The notes under the pieces were generated by a model. That model made no database searches, had not been told where the DNA came from, and saw nothing but the letters and a program-made list of their open reading frames with translations. A stretch of 63,535 nucleotides of DNA, the filler included, from Reticulomyxa filosa (Eukaryota; Protista; Foraminifera), in NCBI GenBank assembly GCA_000512085.1. It is 22 parts of 22 records of this genome, joined end to end, with 100 filler letters (N's around TTAATTAATTAA, not from the genome) between each part and the next. Parts side by side here need not be neighbours in the genome. Positions count along the whole stretch, not along the records: positions 41,331 to 43,561 come from ASPP01004301.1; positions 43,662 to 45,381 come from ASPP01027796.1; positions 45,482 to 55,143 come from ASPP01018654.1; 19 more parts are not named here. One strand, given 5' to 3'. Shown one piece after another: positions 41,331-54,180 of this stretch; positions within the stretch are counted from its first letter, which is position 1, and the number at the start of each line of letters is the position of its first letter. The position numbers were made by a program, and so were the translations under genes.

Positions 41331-43000
41331 TAGTAAAGATGTTTCGAGCAATTATTACTTCTCTTGCGCGATTAGCAGTTCAATGCGCAAGCTTTTATTG
41401 CAACGTAGGAATATTCCGAATACCACTGCGACAATTCCTCTCACACAAATTGGCTCAACTACATCCCAAAATTATATCAATCCATTGTCCATCGTATTTC
41501 CCGACAAGGACATAAATTTTGATATCAACACAAAACCAAACAGTATACCTCTCTCGATATTCCCGGAGGAGGGGGGGGGAGGGGTCCTACAATGTCTCCA
41601 CACGCCTTTACACTACAGTTGTGAAGACAGTGTGTATTGTGATAGTAACTAAAGTTGTTACAAAGCCGTCTCGAAGTATGCATTGTTTTTTGGATTGTGT
41701 AGGCCGGATTAATTGTATTGATAGTGAAAAGCAAGAGCGTGCCTGTATTACAAGTTGCTTTAAGTTCTGAATATGGTGACGCAGCGACAAAGGCCACCAG
41801 TTTCAAGATGAAGGATATTGCGAAATTGAAGTTGGGAGTCCATGTACAATTACCGATATTGTAGCGCATGGAATGTGATGTTGCAGTATCAATTATAGCA
41901 GTCTCGAGCGTATGTTATTATTTATCAATGTTTTCATCGAGTGCAACAAAGGAAGTAAATTTGATTTGTAGTTATAATGAAAAATGTAATTGATTTGTGA
42001 AAATGTAATAAGTGTATCCCTTGGATGTCCATTATTTCATTATGGACATGTTACGATACCGAACAGCCAAGCGATTGTCGTGTGTATTAGGTGTGCAAAG
42101 TTTTTTGTTCACTGGGGGGTTCTTTCGCATAGTCGAATCACGTGTTGTTGAAGAAATTGATCACAACAATTGACTGTTTCAATTCGAGGCTACTTTATGA
42201 TTCATCTTTGGGATACTAAAGATAGTCCAATGGATTGTCGAAAAGAAATGTGCAATGAACAGCAAATTAACGGCCATAATACAATCAATAATGGCACCAC
42301 TTTCGCCCATATGCATTTAATCCAATGCTGCTCCATTGTCGCTGCACTTTTTTGCCGACGTCAATGCTGATGCAAATTGCGGCTCTACTGCATACAAATA
42401 TGTTGAAAGTGTATGAACATTGGTTAATCGTACTTCTGGAATAACCTTCAATTTGACGACAAGCTATACGACATTGTGCAAATGGTTTGGACTTATTTAT
42501 TCTCAAATATCAACCTGACTCGTGCGATCAAGTAAGCAATGTTAAAGTGTACCACCAAGCTCGAGCACGGAGGTGATGCGGTTATCATCGATATGTACTG
42601 AAAAAGTCATTTTTTTGGGGGGGGGGCTATTTTCATGTGCTATATATTTGAACCACAAAATAGATGACAGCAATCCAAAAGATCTTTTCCAAATGGAATA
42701 TCGATTGATATAAATGATGCAAAATATTAAAAATAATTTGTTGGAAGCATCGTCGTCATATAATACGGATGCAATTGTACATGGGCAACGTCCGACGAAT
42801 AGATGGGATCAGCGACTTTCGAAGCTTCTCAATAAATTTGTTGATTGGAATCTCCGGAAGCAAGTCACAAATATATCACCGTCACATCGAGGATGAAGGA
42901 ACAGATATCCACAAAACGCAGCGCAATTGTTCTCTTGGTACTTATCACAATTACATATCAAACGTGTATTTCGTGGATAAGTTTACACAAATCAAAGAAC
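41331..43000 (+). pseudogene. Heavily interrupted coding-like sequence, unknown
   Basis: Higher GC than intergenic DNA, with only short ORFs in shifting frames. Confidence 0.25.
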
Positions 43001-44025
43001 AGAAAGATATAACATTGTACCGGAGTTTGTTGTTGTTGTTGTTGTTGTGGATACACCTTTAACAATAATGAAAGTGAAGGATGCAGTTTTATTTGAAGGT
43101 TAGTGCTGATATATGTTGTTTGTGTCATATTTTCAGTGTTTGTAATATACACTCTTTTATTGTGAAGTGTTTTGCTTTGGAGGGGGGGTTTGAAGGGATG
43201 GTGAAAAGGAAAAAAGAAACAAAAAAAAAAAAAATCATAGACGAAAATGTCGATAAATGGTGGCAATATGGAACGCGCAATGGCCCATGAAAGGAAAATG
43301 ACGTGACAACATATCCGATCAAAGAAGTATATGCCGTCGTGAGAAGCAAGACGTACTAGCCCATAGAAACAATGTCGATGAATATGTAGACACGACAATC
43401 TCTCTTGGAGATGTGTCACGTTTTTTTACCAAGCATATGTATACGTGTTATCAAAGTCGATCAAAAAAGCAAAGCTGTCTCAAAGCCATTGAAGTTAAAC
43501 ATTTATTATTGTTGTCTTTTTTTTCTAAACAGTTTAAATTAATTTGTTGTTGTTTTCTCTCNNNNNNNNNNNNNNNNNNNNNNNNNNNNNNNNNNNNNNN
43601 NNNNNTTAATTAATTAANNNNNNNNNNNNNNNNNNNNNNNNNNNNNNNNNNNNNNNNNNNNCAAGTGTAAATTATTTTGGCAAATATTGCGCACGAACAC
43701 GAAAACAAGTCTAAAAAAAGTTCAGGAGTACCTTTGCCCTTTTAAGACAAAAGGACGCTGTTTTGTTTGGTTTGTTGTGTCTAAAGCGAAAAACCTTTTG
43801 ATTGACATGAGGTTTGGATAGATTGAAAAGAAAATGTTTCAAATGTAATGAAACAGGAGAACTTCCCATTAAAGATGCAAACAAATTTTGACTTGGGGTC
43901 ATAATAAGTATGCTACTTTTATTAAATTTTTGAAAAATATATTGAACACATAAGATAATTAAAAAAAAGACAGCATAACATTTTTACAAGATTTTAAAGA
44001 AAAAAAAATAAATTTTGAAAAAAAA

Positions 44026-44625
44026 TTATTCAATGGTGTAGTCAACCAAAGATTGAAAATGAGCTTTGTTATTTTCAAAAACTGGTCGGTAAACAAAGGA
44101 ATCCTTATCAAGAGCAAGATCAGTTGCTAAAATGCCATCCAAATGATCAATTTCGTGTTGTAACAGCTCGCTTAAATCAATGCGGATATGATCCAAGTCC
44201 CACACATAAGTTCGTTCTAAATTGACATCTGTCCATTTCACTGCAATTTTTTCATACCTTTCGACTTTGACAAACAAATCTGGAAAACTCATGCAATCGT
44301 CCCAAAGAGTAAATTTAGAGTCTTCCGACTTTTTAATTATTTCTGGATTCACTAATATTAATGTTTCGCTTGGATTGCTCATCCCAGGCAAGTTTTTGTA
44401 TTTTCCATTCAAATTCATTGCTATCATTCGGTATGAGATGTCCAATTGAGGGGCCGCTATTGCTCGTCCGAATCCATGTTTCTTTCGAAACTCACCTAGT
44501 TCGTGTGTCAGTACGGCACAATGCCTGTCAAAGGTCGCTTGATTTCGCACAATTGGTGTTACTGCGTCACTCACTCTTCGTAAGCGAGAATCTCCCAACA
44601 GTAATACACGCGATGATACCTTCAT
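44026..44625 (-). CDS. def: Peptide deformylase-family protein, atypical motifs
   Basis: LGDSRLR, GRAIAAPQ (motif 1), LVNPEI, WDDCMSFP (motif 2) and QHEIDHLDGIL (motif 3). Intronless, 199 aa. Confidence 0.92.
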   Translation of the reverse strand: MKVSSRVLLLGDSRLRRVSDAVTPIVRNQATFDRHCAVLTHELGEFRKKHGFGRAIAAPQLDISYRMIAMNLNGKYKNLPGMSNPSETLILVNPEIIKKSEDSKFTLWDDCMSFPDLFVKVERYEKIAVKWTDVNLERTYVWDLDHIRIDLSELLQHEIDHLDGILATDLALDKDSFVYRPVFENNKAHFQSLVDYTIE

Positions 44626-45220
44626 TTCTTTACAAATTCATACAAATAAAGAGTCCCTTTGGCTTGCTTTGTTTTTACAACTGTTAAAAAAACATAAAAT
44701 AATTATTTCCAAAGTAAAAATACAACTAAAAACGAACAGACTGTAACAAAAAAGTTTAATGTAACGTGCAGAACAACCAAAAACTATGATAAAGTACCAA
44801 GAATCTTTGATAATATTTCTGTTTTTCATGATAGAGTGAAAAACAAAAAGTTTAGAAGATAACTTTCCAGCAATATTTCAAACACAATAAGAAAGAGATG
44901 AATAAAGAATACAAGACTATAATATTACACAAGTAAATGAATGAAAGAAACTTCTATAATGCAATAAAAAATTAAATCTATGTAGGCAATTGATCGTACA
45001 AGATAACTTAGAAAAATATTGTACCAAGAATGTGAGAAATGAATCATCTTTGATGAATATTACAAAAGCCTATTCAAAAACAACAAAAGATAGTAAATGT
45101 GAAGAATATAGCGAAAGACGAAAAGTACATTGACAACGCATACGTGGAAGAAATAATGACATTGACAGACAATTCGAGGAATATGAGTTAGTAGAAGTGG
45201 CAAAAGTATGCCAATGACTA

Positions 45221-45381
45221 CAGTAAGTTGCAAAGAAAACTGAACGCATAAAACGATATCATATGATGATAATTGATTTTCTCAATGAAAAATCAACATT
45301 TAGACCTAATTTTTTTTTTTTAAAATATATACAAATATTGTAGTTTTTAAATATGAAATTGGTTTTTTAATACCTTTTTTT
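45221..45381 (+). mobile_element. Tc1/mariner-like terminal sequence, copy 3
   Basis: TA|CAGTAAGTTGCAAAGAAAACTGAACGCATAAAACGATATCATATGATGATAATTGA..., running to the contig end. Confidence 0.65.
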
Positions 45382-45544
45382 NNNNNNNNNNNNNNNNNNN
45401 NNNNNNNNNNNNNNNNNNNNNNNNNTTAATTAATTAANNNNNNNNNNNNNNNNNNNNNNNNNNNNNNNNNNNNNNNNNNNNTATATATATATATATTTAT
45501 ATTCATATGTAAATAAGAGCGTATAAAAAATGAAACTGTTGTTG

Positions 45545-46153
45545 GAAACGACAGACTTCAATTGATTCGATCGGACAAACACTCCACAGTGATCTTCACA
45601 TTTGAAATATACAATATTATCGATTGAACCATTTGTGTTTCCTTTTGTCACTTTTTTATCTTTTTGTCCGACCAATTCTATCCCATACCATATTCCCGTT
45701 TCGTCAAACATTGTTTGTCCCACAAATCTCACACGGCCTTTTCCATAGTTGTTTACCTCAACTATTTCATTTAATGCGATTTCTTTTTCGCCTTCATTTT
45801 CTTTTTTTTTTTTTTGTCCCCCCCCCAAAAAAGTGCAATATACCAATTTTTTTTTTTTTTGCATATTTGTATATTTGCATCCTCCCCCCCTCCCCCTCTT
45901 TTTTTTTTGCCTCCATACTTTTCAAAATTGTCACAATCTCTTTTGATTGCACAAACACTCCATGATTTTCCGAACATTTGAAATATACTCGACTTTTTAC
46001 TCTTCCATCATGCTTGCCATCGTTTGTCTCCAGTTCTATTCCAAACCACGTGCGACCTGGAAAGAAGTCTGTATGTCCTATATATTTCACAACTCCTTTT
46101 TTCCCGTCCGATAACTCTACCACATCTCCATAACATAATTGCAATTTGTCCAT
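45545..46153 (-). CDS. Protein with two tandem N-terminal CAP-Gly domains (partial)
   Basis: GVVKYIGHTDF...WFGIELETNDGKHDG...YFKC...HGVFV and GRVRFVGQTMF...WYGIEL...GNTNGSI...YFKC...GVFVR, separated by an intron at about 45800-45917. Confidence 0.93.
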
Positions 46154-47199
46154 TCAAACATACATACACCTCTTACAAAGTTTCTGTTCTCTTTGCCCCT
46201 TTTAGTCTCTGTCTTTAAAACACTACGGGATCGTTTCCATAAATTCAATTTCTGTTTTAAAAATTGTCCAATGTTTACTTGTCAATCACTGTAAAAAAAC
46301 TAATGCATTTGATTCAAATATTAGATCTTTTAAAACTTTGCTTTTTCAATCGTTGAACCAAGTTTTTTCTTTCATATTTTGCTAAAAAAAATAGCTCTTT
46401 TCCAAACCATTTCGTATTTTTAAAGGAAATATATATATACTGTGTATTTCAAATCTTGTGAGCACCAAAATCGATAAATACAGTCTACTGAAGGTGAATT
46501 TTTTGACTAGGGGCTAAACTTTTGAAAATTAGCGTGTATTGAACACGTCTTCAATTTCAAGAAACTTCTTATATGTTGTGAAAATGTGTGGCTTTATCAT
46601 TCTTCATTTTGTAGAAAGTCTACAAAGATTTGTTGTCCTTTCGGCATTCTTTTTTTGGTTTGAAACTTTTGGAATGTTTCAGAAGTAAAACTCCCAAAAA
46701 ATTTCCAATAATTTTCTACTCAAATTTTTTTAAAATGGTCAATTTTTTTCTGATAAATGCATCAGGTTGTGGAGAACGATTCCGTAAATGAAATTTTTTT
46801 TACTTTTCATATTGCAAAGTGCTTGCACCAACGTTTTTTTGTATGGAAATTTTACATTGTTGTTATTCAGGCTCTGAGATAGCAGTTCTGGACTTTTCGG
46901 GCGAAATTTTTGAAAATTGTCCAGCGAGAGACTATTGTTTTCTCGGTGAGAGATGACCAAAAGACCACAACCAGACAGCTCTCTGCATGTAAGGAATTAT
47001 GTATATGTGTGGAAATTTCTGCAGATATTGTTGAAGAAATTTCTGTGAGTGTCAGACGACCGGCAAAAAAAAAAATAATAAAAAAAATAAGGTGGCATCA
47101 TCTCGGAAAAGACAAAAAACAACCTCAGGGTAGTTTATTGATTCTCTTTGGGCAAACTAGGGAGACAAAAGTTAGGGAGGATAAAGAAACAAGCATAAA

Positions 47200-50100
47200 A
47201 TCCATTAAACAATATTTGTTGCTTCATCAATCAAAAAAAAAACGCAATAGTTCCAAATCGGCCAGTGGCCAATTGGAACTGAGAGTAGACACAAGCGAGA
47301 AGCCATTTGACGAATACAAAGAGCAAAATTGGTTTGGATATGCATGGACACACATAAGATTAATAATGACCAGTGGCACCACGGAGAACGAGATCGTAGT
47401 GGACGCGCAATATCGCATCCTTCCAACTCTTGTTTTTAGCGACGGAGAATCAGTTCATTTAAAAAAAAAAAAATTGATAAGAACAAAAACAATAAATAAA
47501 CTTATTTCCAACAACGAATTAAAGCGTATTTTTTTAAAATATTCAAAAAAATAAATAAAAAAGGTCCCTGATGATGTGAATTTGGAAACAAATCCAAAAA
47601 ACATAGAACTGATAAATGGAGAAAACGAATGCAAAATAAAAATCAGTACATTGTCAATGTATCACGAAAACAGGGCATTTAAATTAGTGTTTAATGTGTT
47701 GCACCGAGGCGCAATCAATGTAAGAGAAAACTATAATGGAAGTAGCGAAATGACAAAATTTATACGTCCATTGGAAAGTCACGCATTTAAATTAGTAAAA
47801 CATCGTTTGGAAATATCTAAAGAGCCAGCTGATCGCTTTTACAAAGACGAAGGAGGAAGAAATAATTGTTTAAATGTTGTTGTACATTTAAAAGATTCGC
47901 AGCATAATATCGATGAAACCAGAGATAAAATACCACTCACTTTGCGATTGGTATACGACGATAACAGCCAGGCACAATCACAAAGAGACATTTTGGAAGT
48001 GCTGACAGTTTAAATTAATTTTATTTTTCTGTTTGTTTGTTTTTTTTTTTTTTAGCTTTTTTTTTCCTCAATCCCCAACGAAAGAAAAAGATAAACTTTT
48101 TTTGTGGTGATTCCCTTTTTGATGTTTTCACTAGCAAAATGTCGAAATTCGAAGTGGTGTGTGCAGTGTGGATTTTCGTATTAATGAAGTATCCAAAAAC
48201 CACAATAAACGAGTTATTACTTGATTTTGTGTTTTTTTTTTTAAGGTGTTACCGTGGCAAGGGGGGAGAGGGAAATTGAAGAAATTCTCGGTCAGCTTTT
48301 ATTGTTTTTTTTAAAAAAAAAGGCATTTCGACTGGTCGTGGAATGTGCTAGTGACAATGCGCTGTACCATGACATTTCAGGTGTAATGACAAGACCAGTC
48401 ATGGTATATTCAAAGCGAACAAAAAAAGGCAAACGAGGAACATCCCCAGTGGAACAACTTAGTAATGCCCACAATGGTAACAACTCTGTCAAACGAGCTA
48501 AATTTAATGCTACTGACAACGTCGGACACACAATTACGCCCAAACCAGAACAGTCAGGTAAAGTATACAATCAATCCTACTTAGATTGGTTTTTTTATGC
48601 TTTCACGTTTACATATCTGTCGTTGTAAACTTTGTTTTTTTTTTTTTTTTTTTTATAAAAATAAATAATCAAGCGAATGTGTGTTTGTTGGATGGACGGT
48701 GAATAAAAAAAGAAAACATAAGCCATTTCATACCGACAGCGATGGCAAGTCTCATACCATCAATCCAACCGGGCGCATTGCCGAATTTGCCTACCAATTT
48801 ACCATTTTCTGCGCAAATAAAACACAATAACCGCGGCGTCATAAAAAAAGAAAGAGTAGACAATAATGGCAATAGCAATAATAACAGAGGTGCAGCACCT
48901 CCACAGCCTCGAGGAGGTAAAGTCAATCCATGCGACAATGTTGTTGTTTTTTTTTTTATGGACAGAATGTTATGTACGTACATATACAAATTTTTTTTTT
49001 TGTTTAAATGATATGAATAGTTTTTCACACAATGATGGATTGGTGCCAATCGGCAGAATGGGTAATGAAAATATTGGAATGGGTTCATTGTGGATATGAA
49101 TTCGATCCCAATACAAATATGATTGACACCAATCGCCCATTGTATCGTTGCTGTTATTGCCTTCGATACCGCAATTGCGCTGGGTTTGGCCCGCACGAAA
49201 AAACGTGTCAATTGAAAAATGCCTTGGATGAATACAATGAAAAAGTTAAAGGAATTCACCACCAATATACATTTCAACACAACTTAATGATGCAGGACCC
49301 TTTAATGGGTGGAGATATGCCACAATTGGATAATGCAAACGCTGCACCAACAAATAATCATAATCACAATCACAATCACACCCCTTCGAGCAATGTGCCA
49401 ATTCCTAATTCAATATCCAATTTATCATTAACAATGACGGGAGGAATTCCCAATCTCCCTCACAGTTTGGTTCAACAAGTCCAACACCAATATTTCATGA
49501 CAAGCAACGGAGGACAGCCTTTTGCCAATGATTCTGCTGTTGGCATGAATGCCACTACAAATACTAATCACATCATTCACCATCATGATCCTGATCTTAA
49601 TATGCGACGAGTCGCCAATAGTAATCAAAATGCCAACAATGGCAATAGCAATAGCAATAATAGTAGCAATACTAATCTCCGCAGCACTAGCAATAGCAGC
49701 AACGACAGCGGGCATGAGCATCATACCACACATCATCAAACTGCTGAAGCAAATATGATTTTGGCCAATTCTGCCGCTGCTTCGTATGGCCTGTTTGCAC
49801 AACCGTCTCTAGTTTTGTGTTTTTTTTTTTTTTACACATAACGTATAACTTGTTAATCAATATTCGCATTTTTTTTTGGAAAACACACAAAAACAAAACG
49901 AATCAGATTTTTTTGAATAAAGATAAAGATAAAGACTCAGACAAAGAGAAAGAGAAGGAGAAAGGAAGAGAAAAGGAAGAAAAAGAAAAGGAAAAAGGGA
50001 AAGATAATCACAGGGAAAAACAAGATAACATGATCCAAAATGAACCGAATCCTAGACATGAATCGCCACTGAAATGGCAACAATTAATCGATCGTGTTGA

Positions 50101-50480
50101 CAGTGTCTCAAAACAACGAAGCGAATGTGGATGGGCTGCATTTGATGAATACAAAAATTTGGTTGGCTACTTTGATAATCACGCAAAGTTAATTTCCTTG
50201 GATGAAATCAATGCCCTTCCTCAAACGAGTGACAAGACCATTGCCTCGTTTATCGAACCGGCCAAATGTAATTCATTAGAATTTGAAGACTTGTTGTTCC
50301 GAAATGAATCAGGCGCATTTCTTGATGTTACGTTGATGTTTGTGGTAGGCATATACACACATATATGTATTTTTTTTCCCCCTAATTTCTTGCCTTTCTT
50401 TGTCCCTGTTTCGTGACATTGCTTTTAAATGATCCTTTTGCTTGTGTTAGGATATCAAAAGAATGATTTCAGGCGGGTGA
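47200..50480 (+). CDS. Putative transcription factor with two tandem CudA/STAT-like DNA-binding domains, NLS, Cys/His module and N/H-rich region
   Basis: In-phase introns 47453-47563, 48008-48134 and 48213-48322. Repeated core KIKISTLSMYHENRAFKLVF / FRINEVSKNHNKRAFRLVV, then SKRTKKGKR, RCCYCLRY...HEKTC and Asn/His-rich tracts. The start codon was not located. Confidence 0.65.
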
Positions 50481-52339
50481 ACATCTGATTCAACAACGAT
50501 TTTTTTGTTCATTGTTCCAACGTTGTCAGTGTCCTGAGTTGCTTCTAATGAATAACGTTTTTTGTTTCTTGCTTTCCTTTGTTTGTTCTACTATTCTGTT
50601 TTTGTTTTTTTTTTTGTCGTTGGCAGAGTCGATAAAAGTGGGCTGAAAAGTTTTTTTTGTCAAAGTTGAACTTTGAATTACAATATGATATCAATTTTTC
50701 AACTTTTTCAATTTTGCATCTTTACCCATTTTCAAAAAGTTTGTTGCTGTTAATCCATTGTTTGAATTTAACATTTGGCTTCTTTTAAACTTTTCAAAGT
50801 TTAACATCACCTTTACACAAAATCTAGGATCGATTTTATTGGAAAAAAGTTTGCAATGAAATTAATGAATATTTTGAAAATTGAAATTTTAGTTAATTGT
50901 AAGTCACAAAAAGATAGAGTTAAAAACGTATCATTTAATATTGAAACAGTTTTCTTGAAATTGAAGAAATATTTAAAAAAATCATTTACATTGATTTCAT
51001 TGCATTATTATACTACAATGCAAATTATATTATCACAAAACTAAAAACCAATTTTTTAAAAAATCAAAAGATTTTTAAAGAATTAAGTATTTTGTAAAAA
51101 TTTCAAAAAAAGAAATGTCATACACGTACATGAAAACATCATATATTTATTTTCTGGAAAGTATCCATTATGATCGACATAAAAAAAATAAATATAATTT
51201 CATTGACTTGTGCAACAATTGGTGATATTTTCACTTAATAACTCAAATTCCGAAATTTAATTATATGTCTTTATTTTATCACATATAACACCTTTCATAA
51301 TAAAATATATCTTATTTGCAGTTAAGAATTGTCAGTTTTACTAACGTAATTAATGTTAAAAATTAATTTTTTTCAAATTTGTCATTGAAAAAGTACATGA
51401 CCAAAATTTAGTAAATTGCTTTCATTCTGTTAGCTATGTTGTAGTTAAGAAAACAATATCAGCATCAAACAAAACAAAAGAAAATGTTTATCTCTTTTCA
51501 AAAAGTATATCATTACATGTATAATTGACCGGAATTCATGTTTGCTTAATCTTAATCTAGTTTTTAGATATGTTAGAAATTTGATTTTGCTCAGATTTTG
51601 AGAATTTTGTTTATTAGAAATAGTCACATAATTGATTAACCTTCAAAGCCAATAATAATCGTGTTGAAATTTCTAACTCCTTTGATTGAACTATCGGTTT
51701 ATTACGTTTGGATCCATTTTTGTTTAGATTTTGATAAATACACCAAAAAAATACCCAAAAATTTTGAGCTTAATTCTACATATGGACAGGTAGTGTATAA
51801 TCTAGTTAACTAGTTTTGTGTATCAATCTTAAAAAAATGAGAAAAAGTGAATTAAAAACTTTAGGGTAAGATCTTGTTATATACTGTTTAAAGCATATCT
51901 TTCCACGACAATTTACAAATATTGTGGATTTTCAAAGCATAAACTGTACATAAAAACAAATGTAATTTAGTACGCATTAGCGCACATAGAAAAGTGGGCT
52001 ATTATGTAACTCATTCAAAATTACATAAAAAAAGATCGCTGTTAAAAATAAAGTAATTTGCAATGAGAATTATTTTAATTTGGTTTGATTTTTTATTTTT
52101 TGACAATTTTCGTTGTTCCATTTTAAAATCCAATTTTTTCAACGGTATAACCAAAGAACAATTTGTCTTTTGCAATGTTTATTGAAGAAGTGCACTTGAA
52201 AAAGAAATATGAAATTTCTGTCAATCGGCCTCTAGGTTGTCGTCACAGATCGCACAATGACAGGGTGTCGACAAGCCGCAAAAAAGTATTAAAAAAAAAT
52301 CAAGTTTTCCAGTTCCATTGGGAATATAAAGTATGGACC

Positions 52340-53288
52340 ATCATCACACTCATCGAAGAGTTAATAACCTAACAAATTCAATATTAAGCTTGGATTGTCT
52401 TTGGTGTATTTTCATAAGTTTGTAAGTTGGCGACCTCCAACACAAAAAACGTGAACAGGTAAATTTAGGAGAATGCGAAACAGAAGAAGAAATACTAGAT
52501 GAGATTGAGCAGTCACGAAAAATCACACGCTTGATTATCAGCGCAGTACAGAAAGGGTCCAAGTTTGAAGTTAGTCAGATATTGGAACACTATGGATTGC
52601 CGATGACGTCTCGATTGCATTTTAAGGTTGTCAATACCGTTATGGAACAATGGGTAAGTCTCTCCCTTTTTTTTCTTTGGCCCCTTTTTGGGGGGCGTAT
52701 ACGTTCAATTTTCTTTATCAAAAATTTCTTTATCTGTGCGTGTTTTTTTTATTCCCTCCTCTCGGCGGTCCTTAAGAATTTTCAAAAAAAAAAGAGGGGC
52801 GGGAAAGAGGGAGGAAAGAAGAGGAGTTGCAAAAAAAAAAGTTAAATAAAAACAGTTTTCATTAACGGGAATTGAAGATGAAGAACAAATATTTGGTGTA
52901 TTGAAAAAAATAAATTTGCAATGGACAAACTGAGACAATCAGCATCGAAAGGAACGCTTGTATTGTCTGATTTGCTGAGTGAATGGGAGCTTCCAATTGG
53001 TGCGTTGCAGTCCAAAGTCATTCGTAGAGTCCAAGAACATTTCAAAAAAGAAGAGGTATGTATTGCGTGTTTGTTATACCCTTCCTTCTCAAAGTAAATG
53101 AAAAATAACTATTGATAAAAATGATGAAACAAAAAAATTTCCCATCTCCCCCCCCTCCTCCCCTTGTCTCCTCAATGAAGTCTGGTGGCCAAGAGAGCGA
53201 AAATACTAAAGTGGAAAGTACTCCCAAGGAAAGTAGCAATGGCAATACGCAGACAAGCTCAGATAAAGACCAAAAAGATCAAACATAA
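52340..53288 (+). CDS. Hypothetical multi-exon protein
   Basis: Protein-like exons (EEEILDEIEQSRKITRLII...; MDKLRQSASKG...) bounded by GT..AG introns. The 5' end is unclear. Confidence 0.4.
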
Positions 53289-54180
53289 CCACGAACCTTT
53301 TTGCAGACACATTTCAGCAGAAAGGGAAGGGTCACATGTTGGGAAAGAGGGGATAAGAAATAACAAACAAATAACAAAAAAAAACAACTTGTCCATGAGC
53401 TGAAGCAACAGAAAAAAACCGACACAAAGAACATGATGTGCATTCCAAAGTGAAACTGCGTCAATACACTTGTGTATTGCGGCATCTCTTTGTTTGTTGG
53501 TCATCAACGTTCTCTCAATGAGTTCATGGCCTTCTATCTTTTTTTTTTGGTGGAATTTGGAGTTTAAATTTATGTTTGTTGTTTTGTTTTTGTTTTTTTC
53601 AAAAAAAAAATCATGCAATATGTTGTTCAACCGTGAACAGTCTAATTATTCCTGGATAATGGAATTGTCTTCAACTACAAAAGTTCTATTTCAGACTCTA
53701 GTAACAAATAAGTTTTTCTTCATCACAGTGATTGTATTTATTAGAAAAGTAAATTTCTAAAAACGGGTTAATTGCCCACCACACTACCAGACTCAAGTAA
53801 AAGGCGTTTCATTCCAAAAGGAGAGCCAGTTAATTCGTTGGGCTAAACATAATTAACAGGAAAAGGAGAAATGCTTGAACATTTTACTGGAGTAATGTTT
53901 GTGACGGAAAAAGAATTTAAATTCTAGCTTTGTTTGTTGCAACAAAGTTAGCAGAAGCGTCACTGTTAAAAAAGGGTGGACAGTAGCAAACAATTAGACA
54001 ACTTGGAACAAAAAAAAAATCACACAACACATAAACCAATAAAAAGAAAACATCTTTATGGTTTTTTCAAACTTATCCAAGTTGCGTTTTTGCTGATGTC
54101 AGAATTGTAAGCATTTTCAAATCGCTTCCCCTTTGTCTTTTATTATCTAGTGGTCCTCCTTCGCAGTCAAACATCAGAGT

